The notes: a model not told the origin generated them from the letters alone. DNA of 64,000 bases from an uncultured Acidobacteriota bacterium (GCA_963809485.1 CAWEJX010000015.1:96001-160000); one strand, 5' to 3'; positions 51,242-61,955 are shown, counted from the stretch's first letter. Numbers and translations: made by a program.

Positions 51242-52660
51242 TTAGGACGCCTGGCTAAAATCCACGGTCCGGGGGACTGCGCCGGAAATGGGCACATTGG
51301 TATCCGAGATATACAGGTTTTCCAGGGCGTCTTCCACCAGCTCACGTGTCAGGCGTATTTCTTTCCCCTGGTAACGGCACGATGCGATGGCATGCTCCAC
51401 GATAAATATTGGGTGAAAGCCGGCACATGGCAATCCGGTCCGCGGGTAGAAATCCTCTAGAAGGAATGCAAGCACTTCATCCGGCAGCGGCAGGCGATAG
51501 TTTCTGCAAACCCTCTGGAAAATGGTGACGTAATCCGTCATGGATGGGGGATCAATGCGAAGTTTGTATTTAACCCGTCTCAGCAATCCGGGATCCATGA
51601 GTTTTTCCGGGGGGAGGTTAGTCGAAAAAATCACCAGTTCGTCGAAGGGAACATCAAATTTTTTGCCTGTGTGGATCGTGAGATAGTCGACTCTTTTCTC
51701 CAGCGGGATAATCCAGCGGTTTAGCAAATCTTTGGGCTGGACCAACTGCCGGCCAAAATCATCGATAATAAAAATGCCGCCGATCGCCTTCACCTGAGGA
51801 GGCGCCTCGTAAAACTTTGACGTTTCGTCATAATCCAGATCGAGCATTTCCAGCGTGAGTTCTCCTCCCGTAATGACAACCGGACGGCGACATTTAACCC
51901 AGCGAGGATCCGGTCTTTTCCTGAGCAGATTTCTATAGTCCTGGCTATTATCCTCCTGGCTGGAAGGCAGCGGAACATGCACGGTCTGATCAAAAATACG
52001 AATAACCTGGCCGTCTACTTCAATACAATGCGGGATATATACGGGCTGCCGCAACACGCTCCCGACTGCCTCGCTGATCGAAGTCTTGCCGTTTCCAGGA
52101 GCGCCGTAAATCAAGAGGGATCGCCCTGAATTTATCGCAGGCCCAAGCCGGCGGACGATGCTCGATGGCAAAGTCAGGTGGGACAGGCAACGGGTCAGGT
52201 CATCCATGGAGATCTTTTCGTTGGTCAGGCTCTGCTTCTTGATCTGGCTTTGATAATGCGCCAGCGGCACAGGCGCGGGGCCTACATATTCGCACTGTTT
52301 AGTGGCCTCAATCGCCAGATCTTTGGCTGCATTGGTAAGCGAATAGCGCGCCACCCGAGAATCAGAGGCGCTGATGCCCCGGATTTCGATGAAACCCTGC
52401 TGCTTCAGCTTGCTCAAAAGATCATCCACTATCCCTTGGCTGAGCTTTAGCTGTGCAGCAATTTGAACGTTGGTCTCCAATCCAAGCATGTAAATGCTTT
52501 TATATAGAAGAGCGCTGACGAATTTGATGTTCAGTCCGGTTTCTTCCAGCTTGGTCGGCATGGGAGGGAAATCCTCCGGATTCACCACAGCTTGCGGGAG
52601 CTCGCTTATAGGTAAACTCATGGCTTGGGCGTGTCCTTTCCCACTACTCATCGGCCTCAC
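51242..52660 (-). CDS. AAA+ ATPase with N-terminal winged-helix-like region
   Basis: YVGPAPV, Walker A GAPGNGKT, GGELTLEML, Walker B FIIDDFGRQ, LLNRWIIPLE, FSTNL, LLRR. Confidence 0.85.
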   Translation of the reverse strand: MRPMSSGKGHAQAMSLPISELPQAVVNPEDFPPMPTKLEETGLNIKFVSALLYKSIYMLGLETNVQIAAQLKLSQGIVDDLLSKLKQQGFIEIRGISASDSRVARYSLTNAAKDLAIEATKQCEYVGPAPVPLAHYQSQIKKQSLTNEKISMDDLTRCLSHLTLPSSIVRRLGPAINSGRSLLIYGAPGNGKTSISEAVGSVLRQPVYIPHCIEVDGQVIRIFDQTVHVPLPSSQEDNSQDYRNLLRKRPDPRWVKCRRPVVITGGELTLEMLDLDYDETSKFYEAPPQVKAIGGIFIIDDFGRQLVQPKDLLNRWIIPLEKRVDYLTIHTGKKFDVPFDELVIFSTNLPPEKLMDPGLLRRVKYKLRIDPPSMTDYVTIFQRVCRNYRLPLPDEVLAFLLEDFYPRTGLPCAGFHPIFIVEHAIASCRYQGKEIRLTRELVEDALENLYISDTNVPISGAVPRTVDFSQAS

Positions 52661-52894
52661 AAACTCTTGTATTCAGTAAAATTTCTGGCTGATTCGCAGG
52701 CAGGCCCTAAGCGCTGCCGGCATTGCTCAAAGATTGCCTCGGAGTTGATCTTGGGATATCATCGCGATCGCATATCATTTAGGGGACTCTTGCCGATATT
52801 AGATATTGTTTGCGCCGGTTGATAAGGTCCGTGCGCTCAGGTAATCATTAACGTTCGGCTGTTCATCGATTCGTACGCCGATACTTGGGTTGTT

Positions 52895-53935
52895 ATGTTC
52901 TGGAAAATCAGGAGAGACCCCACCTTACGCATGCGCGCCACAAGGCTCTACCTTGTGACGGTCATGGTTTGCGTCCTCATGCTTTTCTCCTTCAATGTCA
53001 TTTCACTCTACGAGCAGAACTATAGCGGGAAGGGACTTTCTCAAGAGATAGGGGAATGGAGCGCCTTAGACATATCCGCAAAACGGCAAGTCTATCTGAC
53101 CATATTTGCAATTATCATGTTCCTGTGGATCCTTGGCATCGTTCTCTTTCTTCTGATTCGTGTTTCGGGGGACATACGATGGTTCCAGCAGCGCGCGGAC
53201 TTCGTAAGCGGCGTCTCACACGAATTCAAGACACCGCTGAGTCTGATCCGGCTCTACAGCGAAACTCTGGCAAATGATGACAATGATTTTGCGCCGGAGG
53301 AGCGGAAAAATTACATCCGCATTATCAACCGTGAAAGCGAGCGAATGAGCCGGCTTATAGATAACGTGCTTGACTTTACCAAGATCGAGCAGGGCCGTGT
53401 CCGCCATGAACTGCAGGAGGGCGATCTGGCAGCGGCAGTCTCCCAGATCGTGGCTGACTACTCGGAGTACCTGGAGTGGCGGGGATTTTCTGTCAAAATG
53501 TCCATCTGGCCGAATATGCCATTAGTCAGGTTCAACGTCGAGCAGTTATCTCAGGCGCTTTTAAATCTTCTGGATAATGCGAGAAAATATTCCGGGAAAT
53601 CGCGTCTGATCCGGGTCAATCTCTGGGCGTTAGGGAACGAAGTGGTTGTCGAGGTTCAGGATAAGGGCTTAGGGATATCTGTTGAAGAGCAAACCAGGAT
53701 CTTCGAGCCCTTTTACCGGGCATCAAAAGGGAGTGAAAAAGGCGGCTGCGGTCTCGGGCTATACCTGGTCTCCGAGGTGATGAAGGAACATGGAGGAAGA
53801 ATCGAGCTGGAAAGCGAAGTGGACAATGGAAGCAGCTTCCGTCTCTTCTTCCCTGTCAGTCGGACCCAGCAGGAAAAGGCAAGGAAACAAAAAAGGGCGT
53901 TGTTGAACATAGTCAACACTGGACGGGAAGCTTAG
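52895..53935 (+). CDS. Sensor histidine kinase (two TMs, short loop)
   Basis: VSHEFKTPL H-box, NLLDNARKYS, DKGLGI, IFEPFYR, GCGLGL. Confidence 0.93.
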   Translation: MFWKIRRDPTLRMRATRLYLVTVMVCVLMLFSFNVISLYEQNYSGKGLSQEIGEWSALDISAKRQVYLTIFAIIMFLWILGIVLFLLIRVSGDIRWFQQRADFVSGVSHEFKTPLSLIRLYSETLANDDNDFAPEERKNYIRIINRESERMSRLIDNVLDFTKIEQGRVRHELQEGDLAAAVSQIVADYSEYLEWRGFSVKMSIWPNMPLVRFNVEQLSQALLNLLDNARKYSGKSRLIRVNLWALGNEVVVEVQDKGLGISVEEQTRIFEPFYRASKGSEKGGCGLGLYLVSEVMKEHGGRIELESEVDNGSSFRLFFPVSRTQQEKARKQKRALLNIVNTGREA

Positions 53936-53943
53936 GTCTGATC

Positions 53944-54621
53944 ATGCAAAAGATTCTTATCGTCGAAGACCAGATTGACCTGGCCAATGGTCTTGAAGTC
54001 AACCTGAAGAAGGAAGGCTATAAAATCCTCAAGACAGGAACTGGCGAGGAAGCAATCCAGATGGCAATCCGCGACTTGCCCGATCTAATCATCCTGGATA
54101 TCATGTTGCCCGGAATCAGCGGCCTGGACGTATGCCGGGAACTGCGCCAGAAATCGATCCGAATCCCGATCATCATGCTGACAGCCAAGAGCGAAGAAGT
54201 GGACCGGGTGATCGGGCTTGAACTGGGGGCAGACGATTACGTCACCAAGCCGTTCAGCCTTCGGGAACTGCTCGCCCGCGTACGGGTATGCCTGCGCCGC
54301 CAGCCGCAGCAGGCCGACATTCCACGCTATCGCTTCGGTCATGTCGAGATTGATTTTGAAAAGTATCGCGTGACGGTTCGAAACAAGCCGGTGGAAATGA
54401 CTCAAAAGGAGGTCGAGCTTATCCGATACATGATCCGAAACCGGGATACCGTTCTTTCTCGCGATCGGCTATTGGACGACGTATGGGGATATGATGCTTA
54501 CCCAACTACCCGCACTGTGGACACCCATATTTTGAAGCTGCGCAAGAAACTTGAGGACGATCCAGCTAATCCCAAATACATCCTTTCGGTTTACGGCGGA
54601 GGCTACAAATTTATTGGCTGA
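53944..54621 (+). CDS. OmpR/PhoB-family response regulator
   Basis: ILIVED, ILDIMLP, MLTAK, GADDYVTKPF, VWGY...TRTVDTHI. Confidence 0.96.
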   Translation: MQKILIVEDQIDLANGLEVNLKKEGYKILKTGTGEEAIQMAIRDLPDLIILDIMLPGISGLDVCRELRQKSIRIPIIMLTAKSEEVDRVIGLELGADDYVTKPFSLRELLARVRVCLRRQPQQADIPRYRFGHVEIDFEKYRVTVRNKPVEMTQKEVELIRYMIRNRDTVLSRDRLLDDVWGYDAYPTTRTVDTHILKLRKKLEDDPANPKYILSVYGGGYKFIG

Positions 54622-54681
54622 TCCGGGTGTTTCGGAAACCTCAAGAGTAAAGCATCTCCGGCAGAGCCGGGGATTTAGCAA

Positions 54682-55767
54682 TTGAATCAAAGGCTAAGAA
54701 TATTGGCCATGCCCCTTGAAGCCTCCAATCCCTGCATTAAATGGCCGCCACGCAGCGCCATTTTGATTTTCATAGTTCTGGTTCTCATAATTTCCTACGG
54801 GCTTTATATTGCCAGGCCTCCGACCCATGGCGCCATTGGCAACGGCAGGGTTGTAAATGATTCGGATTATTACATCAGCATTATCAAGCACATCCAGGCC
54901 GGCGAAAATTATTATGCGGCGGCAGCCAGTGAAATGCGCCAGAGACAAACTGAAAGCGGAAGCGCTTTTAACTGGCGATTGCCCACACTCTCCTTGCTTT
55001 TGGCAAATCTTCCAGGCGGGAACGCTCCAAATCTGTTGGCCTTTCTATTAGCCCTGGCGACGCTTTTGATCTGGATGACCATTTTCCATGAGAAGCGGTA
55101 TTCTCTGGTGCAGACGGCCATAGGCACGGTGATACTCACCGGGCCCCTGGCCTATAGCTTTCTGTCTGAGCCTATTCTGTATCATGAGTATTGGGCGGGA
55201 ATTCTTATTGCACTATCACTGGCAGTCTACGGGAAGGGTTGGTGGCGAATATCAGTTTTATGCGGCCTCGCCGCTCTTTCTGTACGAGAACTGGCACTCC
55301 CTTTCGTGTGCTTTATGGCGGTCCTGTCGTATGTAGAAGGCCGTCGACGAGAAACGCTGATCTGGCTATTAGGCATCTTTGCCTTTGGCGGAGCATACTT
55401 TTTTCACTGGTCACTGGCCTCAAGTTTTATCTTAGAAGAGAGTGCAGCCGTGCAAAAGGGGTGGCTGGCCTTCGGTGGCTGGCCATTTGTCTTGAGTACC
55501 GCTCAAATGCATCCCTACCTGTTAATCAGCCCGAAATGGATTACGGCAATTTTATTGCCCCTCGCACTTTTGGGCTATGCAGGATGTCCGGGCAAGCTGG
55601 GTTACAGGATTGCCGGTACGGTTGGAATATACGTGATAGCTTATTGCTTTTGGGGCCGGCCTGAGAATGAATACTGGGGATTGCTGTTCGCCTTCATCGC
55701 GCCCCTCGGGCTTTTAAATGCTCCCATATGTTTGAGAAGTCTCTGGCGCTCCGTGCATAATGCATAA
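54682..55767 (+). CDS. Polytopic membrane protein, putative GT-C fold
   Basis: Acidic first loop (DSDYY...GENYY...FNWRLPTL), HEYWAG, SVRELALP; start may be 54709. Confidence 0.6.
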   Translation: MNQRLRILAMPLEASNPCIKWPPRSAILIFIVLVLIISYGLYIARPPTHGAIGNGRVVNDSDYYISIIKHIQAGENYYAAAASEMRQRQTESGSAFNWRLPTLSLLLANLPGGNAPNLLAFLLALATLLIWMTIFHEKRYSLVQTAIGTVILTGPLAYSFLSEPILYHEYWAGILIALSLAVYGKGWWRISVLCGLAALSVRELALPFVCFMAVLSYVEGRRRETLIWLLGIFAFGGAYFFHWSLASSFILEESAAVQKGWLAFGGWPFVLSTAQMHPYLLISPKWITAILLPLALLGYAGCPGKLGYRIAGTVGIYVIAYCFWGRPENEYWGLLFAFIAPLGLLNAPICLRSLWRSVHNA

Positions 55768-55831
55768 AACGAATAGGTCTCGCATTTTGGCAGATATAGG
55801 GGAGAGACTGTCGCATATTGACTCGTGATCG

Positions 55832-56918
55832 TCATGAACTGGCCGGATTGTCTTTGTGTTTCTTGCTTAGATGAGATGCAAGCGTGACTGTACCCAGCAA
55901 AAATACGGGCATCGCAACCCGGCTTCCGTTTGCGTCGGGCCCCAGAACGTCCAGGTTAAGGGAAGACAGAAGAAGCAACTGAAAAAGAATTGCTGCCCCC
56001 AGAGGGTGGCGCAGTTTCACAGTGATCAGAGCCCAAGCACCTATTCCCACTGCCAGAGGCACTAAATAATAGGCAAATAGCGTGTCGCCGCTCATCCAGT
56101 AACGTATGCTGTCTCGCCAGCCCGCAAGCGGTAGAGTGAACTCAATAATACCTCCTCGACCGTTCTCAACGAGAAAGTGAAGCGCCACCCACCAGGCTCC
56201 AGCGATTAAAGCTGGGATACCCGCCAGAATGAGGCCTTGCCGGTCTCGTCGCCAAACGGCAATCCCTAGTAACAACAACCAGGTCGGTTCCTTAGTCAGC
56301 GTTGCCAGGGTCCCTGCCCCCAAAGCCAATCGATGCCGTTCGTCGATCGAAAAAACAATGGCAGCAAGGCCGGCTGCAAGGGCCAGATTGTCTGCCGTGG
56401 AAATCCGCATACTCATGCTGGCTCCCGGCAAGAGAGCAAACACCAGTGTTGGCCACATGGGGCCCCCCAAGTTTGAGCGAAAGCAATCCTGTTGCCATCC
56501 CACCCGCAAAAAGCGAGAGTGCACCCACCAAGATTGTGGCCGTGATCAATCCTTTGCCGCCTCCGTGTGGATGAATCATCCAAACAAGAAGCGGAAATGC
56601 TATACGCTGAAGGCGATAACGGGGCCGATCCAAATCCGGGGCTATGCGGTTGGGGTGCAGCGGCTGACGCGCAATTGCATAGAATTGCTGGCCGTCGTGA
56701 CCCAATCCCGGGGGAAGCTTGGCGTTGGGAAAATCTTCAAGGAACACCCGGGCTGACGGCCCTTCCGCTCCGGGGAACACCATGCGGGCAGGATGGGTCC
56801 CCAGTAAATTCGCGGCCTTGATCGCACTCGTTGTGGTGAAGGCAGCCGAGACCAATGCAAGCAGCAATACCATAAGAAGTGCATTCCTCTGCACGACATG
56901 CGGCCGGGGCAGGTTCAA
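55832..56918 (-). pseudogene. Cell-surface glycopolymer formation membrane protein (AZOBR_p60025-like), frameshifted near 56460
   Basis: GHDGQQFYAIARQP...DRPRYRLQRIAFPLL; second frame TADNLA...LTKEP; break at the GGGGCCCCCC run. Confidence 0.65.
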
Positions 56919-57089
56919 GATTGAAGTCTCCTTGCGTTAGACCAACGACAGACGCAGTTTGAATGCCATTTCCTGCATGGTCCCCTCCAAATCCTTTGCC
57001 ATTTTGGTCCATTCAGAAATGAGGAACAAGCGTAGATTTCAAATTTTAGGGCACTGCTTCGCTTCTCTTTGTCAGCAGCTGTCCATACT

Positions 57090-57302
57090 GCCTGGCGGCC
57101 TCTTCGATCTGTTGGGCTTCGGTATGTAGACTCGACGTACCGCCTGCGGATGATACTTCTCATTCCTAAGATCTTCTGCCAGTTCGCCCAGCCTCCTTAT
57201 CGCTCCGTAGGACTCAATATCCTCGAAACTCTCACCGTGTACCCCTGCTGCCCCGCCATTGGCTCGACAGCAGTCATATGCAAACGCCAAGATGTCTATC
57301 TC
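57090..57302 (-). pseudogene. Fragment of group II intron reverse transcriptase (RT0-RT1 region)
   Basis: IDILAFAYDCCRANGGAAGVHGESFEDIE...LGELAEDLRNEKYHPQAVRRVYIPKPNRSKRPPG; no YADD. Confidence 0.85.
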
Positions 57303-58762
57303 GGCCGAACGGCTCCGGCCACGTCAGTTATGGCAGGACGATAAACAGTGGTTTCCGCCAGATTCGCCATCGGCTCATAGTTCTGCATTATCGCGGCCAT
57401 CATATCGGGCGTCCAGCGTTCCGCGATCATTGACTCCGAAATGTTGGTAATCAAAACAAGGGCAAATTTGCGCGCCTTAATGTCTTCAACCACAGGACTC
57501 TGATCCCATTTACCCCTCACAGAAAGCCTTGCGAATTCATAGGGTTGTATCAAGACGTCCTTGTCGCAGACCACCAACGCGGCCATCATCTCATCCGCCA
57601 AAACGGATCCGGGAGTGGAACGAATTACCTCCTCTAATTGGCGCAGTTCCGGCTCGAATGCGCGACGGATCGATACCTGTGATGTGAAAATGCGGCTGCT
57701 ATCATAGGACCAATATATTTGAAAAGCCAAAGTCAATAGCAACAGAGAATGCAATAGAGCGGGAATTTCCTTGCGCCATCGAGAAAGGGCAAAACCAGTC
57801 AGCACACTCATGCCTGCAATGAATTCCAAGAAGTAGTTTATATGAGCGCCAATCTTGCCAACCGTCAGGCTGGAGAGGATTCCCCCCATTAGATAGGCAA
57901 CGGCGAGCCGCGACCATTGCTGACTTCGGATGAAATGAAAAAATTCAAATATAATCAACACAAAGAGTGGCGCATTAATGTAGAAATTTATTCCCCACAA
58001 ATTACCGAGCCCATTTAACATGAATTTGTCAGCAGTAGCGGTTACCGTATGGAAAAGGAAGCCACCATCTGTCAGCCAATTTAGAAATCCTCCAGTCGTA
58101 AGTACCGCAATCGCCAGAGAAGTGACAAATAGAAAAGCCTTGCGCCAACTGCGTGCGCCAAGAAAAACAAAAATGGCGAGAGGGCCGGAAAGCATGTGAG
58201 ATTGTCGAGTAAATATGGCCGCCAGAAAAAGAAGCAGAGAAAATCCCAGCCCCACCCGGGAATCCGGCCATCGAAACGCGACCAGAATCCCCCAAAGGCT
58301 AAGGGCTAAGGCGACCATATCTATTCGAGCCAGACAACCCCAGGTAATAACAAATGGAGAGCATAGGAACAAAGCTCCCGCAATTACTGCAGCCCATTTG
58401 TCTTTGGTAGCCTGGAAGATAATGAGTGCAATGGCCAGGCTGCATGATAGGGTTGCCAGCACCGATATCATTCGCCCGGTAGCATAGGAAAAACCCAGCC
58501 ATTGGCCCGCAAGCGATGTCATCAGCAGATAAATAGGGGGATAGTTGGCCAATATATAGGGGTAGTCGACCAGATCTTTGGCAGGGGGATAAATTGACCG
58601 TCCCTGAGCAAGATTCCGGGCCAGCACTAAAATTGTCCCTTCTCCATAGTCGAGCGGTACGCTGGCTTCCAGAGCATCTATTGAATGAAAAAGAAAGAAT
58701 CCCACCCCGGCTATAAGCAGGACCCCCAGAACAAAATAGGAAATGCCGGTTAGGTATTTCAT
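57296..58762 (-). CDS. GT-C-like (ArnT/GT39-type) membrane glycosyltransferase
   Basis: PLDYGEG, NYPPIY, GRMIS, ARIDM, IFTRQS, GKIGAHINYFL; about 11 TMs. Confidence 0.75.
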   Translation of the reverse strand: MKYLTGISYFVLGVLLIAGVGFFLFHSIDALEASVPLDYGEGTILVLARNLAQGRSIYPPAKDLVDYPYILANYPPIYLLMTSLAGQWLGFSYATGRMISVLATLSCSLAIALIIFQATKDKWAAVIAGALFLCSPFVITWGCLARIDMVALALSLWGILVAFRWPDSRVGLGFSLLLFLAAIFTRQSHMLSGPLAIFVFLGARSWRKAFLFVTSLAIAVLTTGGFLNWLTDGGFLFHTVTATADKFMLNGLGNLWGINFYINAPLFVLIIFEFFHFIRSQQWSRLAVAYLMGGILSSLTVGKIGAHINYFLEFIAGMSVLTGFALSRWRKEIPALLHSLLLLTLAFQIYWSYDSSRIFTSQVSIRRAFEPELRQLEEVIRSTPGSVLADEMMAALVVCDKDVLIQPYEFARLSVRGKWDQSPVVEDIKARKFALVLITNISESMIAERWTPDMMAAIMQNYEPMANLAETTVYRPAITDVAGAVRPR

Positions 58763-59153
58763 CAGTCATTCGCTCCATCATCGGCCGCTCATAATAAACA
58801 TCATTTTATAAATTGGATCCAGATTAATAATGAAAATGCAGTCTTCGCCTGGGAAATATTGATTTTCAAGCGGGATGCTTCCCCCGACCGCGCCAGCAAT
58901 ACTCTGTAACGGCGCCATTCATTTGGTTTAAGATAGGTATTGGGGCGGATTCCTGGAGCGCGCCTGAATTGGTGTTTTGTTGGATTCGTGCCCTCCATCC
59001 ATCCGATATCTTTATATGATGTGCGGATACGGCAATCAGCCAATTTGAACGTGAAGAATGCATATTTCTAAACATCAGGCTGTTCTCGTGTCCTGCATAG
59101 AAATGATCGATATGGATTAGGAACGCACCTTAAACTCTTGATCGGATACCCGG

Positions 59154-60638
59154 ATGAATGACTCATTGACTCATCGTCACTGGTGGCGGCTTGGCCCCGC
59201 CAATTTGCTGGTTATCGCTCTGTTCACGGCTTTGCTGGCCACAGGCGCAACCCCTATTACGGACCCGGACCTATGGTGGCATCTTGCAACCGGGCGCTAC
59301 ATCGTTGAGACGCATAGCATTCCTCACAAAGATGTATTTTCATATACCGCGTCCGACCACAAATGGATTACCCACGAATGGCTGACCGAGGTGGGAATGA
59401 TTGGTTTGTATCGCCAAGGCGGTCAGGCAGCATTGATAATGGCAACCTCCATTATCATCACTCTTTCCTTTGCCATCATTTACATGCAATGCGCCGCGCG
59501 GCCGCATCTGGCGATTTTTGCGGTGCTCTTCAGCGCACTGGCCTCCGCCGTTACATGGGGGCCGCGTCCGCAGATTCTCAACATGCTCCTCACCGCCATC
59601 CTGCTGTATCTTTTGTACCAGCTTCGGCAAAAAAGGCGCCCCGTCTGGTGGGCATTTCCAGCGCTCATCGCGCTGTGGGCAAACCTGCATAGCGGCTATT
59701 TTTTGGCCTATATCATCATTGCTTCGGTTCTTATCAGCGATTTGCTTGCCCATCTTCTCGATTACCGCACCTCTGCCACTCTCGACGGACGCGCATTGCG
59801 GAATCTGGCTCTGGTGCTGGGCGTTTGCATCATAGCTGCGGGCCTTAATCCCAACGGCTACAAAATATTATGGTATCCATTTGAGACATTGAGCAGTCAG
59901 GCAATGCAGAAATATATCCAGGAATGGGCGCCGCCGGCCTTCAACCAGCCCCGATATTGGCCGGCCATTGCCCTGTTATTTGCCGGAGTTTTGGCCTTTA
60001 TACTAAGCCGCCGGAGGCGCGATCTTACCGATCTGACGCTCTTTTTCGGGCTGTTATTTATGGCCCTGCTCTCAGCTCGACACATTCCCTTTTTCGCCCT
60101 CGTCTCCGCGCCAATGCTGTCACGATACTTTTCGGATGTCGAGTTGGGACGGCTGCGCTGGGACTTGTCTGCTCCATACTTGCCTCGCCCGATGCCTAAT
60201 GCGCTTGTGCTTATCAACTGGCTGCTTGTGCTGGTGTTTGTCGCGGTTGGCGCATCCCGAGTATCCAAGGTGCTGGCAGAAAACCAGCAGGTAAATCCGG
60301 CCCGCTTTCCTGTCCATGCCGTCGAATTCGTCCAGCGGCAGGGATTGGCCACACAACGGATCTACAATTCTTACGACTGGGGCGGATACCTGATATGGCG
60401 GGGTTTCAAAGTCTTTATCGACGGACGCGCCGATGTCTACCTGGATGATTTTATCAATCAATATGCACTTGCCTATTTGATTCAGGATGACTGGCGTGTC
60501 CCCCTGAACAAATTTTCCGTGGATTATATCCTCATCGAGCGGCAGGCACCGCTGGCAATCCTGCTGCGGGAAACCGATGAGTGGCGGCAAATCTATAAGG
60601 ACGATCTCGCAATCATCCTATCGAGATTGCGTCCATAG
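59154..60638 (+). CDS. GT-C-like polytopic membrane protein
   Basis: DPDLWWHLATGRYI, DVFSYT...WITHEWL, PRPQ, WANLHSGY, NPNG, IQEW, YDWGGYL, FIDGRAD. Confidence 0.75.
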   Translation: MNDSLTHRHWWRLGPANLLVIALFTALLATGATPITDPDLWWHLATGRYIVETHSIPHKDVFSYTASDHKWITHEWLTEVGMIGLYRQGGQAALIMATSIIITLSFAIIYMQCAARPHLAIFAVLFSALASAVTWGPRPQILNMLLTAILLYLLYQLRQKRRPVWWAFPALIALWANLHSGYFLAYIIIASVLISDLLAHLLDYRTSATLDGRALRNLALVLGVCIIAAGLNPNGYKILWYPFETLSSQAMQKYIQEWAPPAFNQPRYWPAIALLFAGVLAFILSRRRRDLTDLTLFFGLLFMALLSARHIPFFALVSAPMLSRYFSDVELGRLRWDLSAPYLPRPMPNALVLINWLLVLVFVAVGASRVSKVLAENQQVNPARFPVHAVEFVQRQGLATQRIYNSYDWGGYLIWRGFKVFIDGRADVYLDDFINQYALAYLIQDDWRVPLNKFSVDYILIERQAPLAILLRETDEWRQIYKDDLAIILSRLRP

Positions 60639-60755
60639 CGCTCTGCTGCGCTCTTGATCCGCTTCAAGCCAAGGGTAACCCACTAATAGGCTCCCCAGGA
60701 TCAAGTAGCGGGCTGATAAAAGGCCTGTGCAATGAAAATGTAGCAGCCCAAACAT

Positions 60756-61955
60756 CTACGATCCAGACTCCCTTCGGTTTGCCAATAAGGCGCTCCTGCT
60801 TGCTTTGGCTGACTTGCCACCAAGCCAGTAAAGAATCCAGAGCGCAAAGGGCACCCAAAGGTTGGTGAACTCGCCATAGTTGAAATAGGAAAACTTGCAG
60901 GCAATGATTACGACGGCGAGCTGAATACCGGCAAGGCCTGCCGCCAACCACCAATTACGAGCCGGACTGTGCGCGAACCAGACCAAAACCATAATCACAA
61001 CAGGAAGCAAGACAACCCAATCTGTCGTCCAGCAGAAACTGCAGGTCGCGATAGAGAAGAGGAGTATGGAATTCAGGTGGCTGTTCCAGGAGAAATTTGG
61101 CATCCACCGGTGATGCAGAAATATGGTGCCTAACCAACCTGCCAGCATCGGGACAAAACGCAACCACCAAATGGCAGGGGAAAACAGGCACATTAGCAGG
61201 ACGCCTGATGACGGCGTCATCCAAACAAGCGGCCCGGGGCCTGACTTTAGAGCGGCCAGGTATCCAAAGATAGCCGAAGGGTTGATTGCCAAAATCAAGC
61301 ATACCGAGACCAGTAAAAAAATGAGCGTCCCAGCCAAAATCCGCCAGCGCCGTCTCTTCCAGATCCAGAACACAAGTACGATCCAGAACAGATGGATCAG
61401 CTGCGGTTTGAGCGAAATCGCCAGGGCGGCAAAACCACCCGCTAAATCGTGTTTTTGGTCAATAGCCCAGAGAAAAACTATCAAGCCTCCCAGCACCAGC
61501 AAATTGACCTGACCCTGAAACAGAGCCAATAGACAGGGAAGAAACAACAACCCGCCAAGCCAGCCAATCCACCGTCTGGTCGGCGGCCCGCCTGATTTCA
61601 GCCATAGCCAGTCTGCCCCATAAACCAATATTCCGATCCCGACAACGAAAAAAACGCCCCTTGCAATCCCATAGGGCATCAAGATAAAGGGAAGCATAAA
61701 TAAGATAGTCCAGGGCGGATTCCACATAATAGCCGGATTTTCACTTACCCCAACGCTCTTCTGAACCTGTAGAAGCTCATTGGCGCTATATGGATCTCCG
61801 CCCGATAAGAACACTCTGCCGGCCGACCAGTAATTCAGAAAATCGCCAAATTTGAGGAGACCGGATGAAACTGCGCCATCTATTTTGTAGACAATCCAGG
61901 CAGAGAGACCAAGAATGAGAATCCAAATAGAAATGCGTCGAATGCTCATTCCCAT
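60756..61955 (-). CDS. GT87/DUF2029-like glycosyltransferase
   Basis: DFLNYWSAG...GDPY, WNPPW, GQVNL, SLKPQL, TDWVVLL. Confidence 0.8.
   Translation of the reverse strand: MGMSIRRISIWILILGLSAWIVYKIDGAVSSGLLKFGDFLNYWSAGRVFLSGGDPYSANELLQVQKSVGVSENPAIMWNPPWTILFMLPFILMPYGIARGVFFVVGIGILVYGADWLWLKSGGPPTRRWIGWLGGLLFLPCLLALFQGQVNLLVLGGLIVFLWAIDQKHDLAGGFAALAISLKPQLIHLFWIVLVFWIWKRRRWRILAGTLIFLLVSVCLILAINPSAIFGYLAALKSGPGPLVWMTPSSGVLLMCLFSPAIWWLRFVPMLAGWLGTIFLHHRWMPNFSWNSHLNSILLFSIATCSFCWTTDWVVLLPVVIMVLVWFAHSPARNWWLAAGLAGIQLAVVIIACKFSYFNYGEFTNLWVPFALWILYWLGGKSAKASRSALLANRRESGS

Noticed and set aside
56455-56470. Phase-variable homopolymer tract
   Set aside because: Runs are only 4-6 nt, and similar indels occur throughout the region, favouring sequencing error
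57072-57290. Retron, DGR or defence-associated RT system
   Set aside because: Only an N-terminal group II intron-type fragment with no catalytic domain, ncRNA or TR/VR pair
58801-59075. Short ORFs in intergenic gaps (also 43297-43750 and 63032-63433)
   Set aside because: No recognisable homology or translation signals by eye
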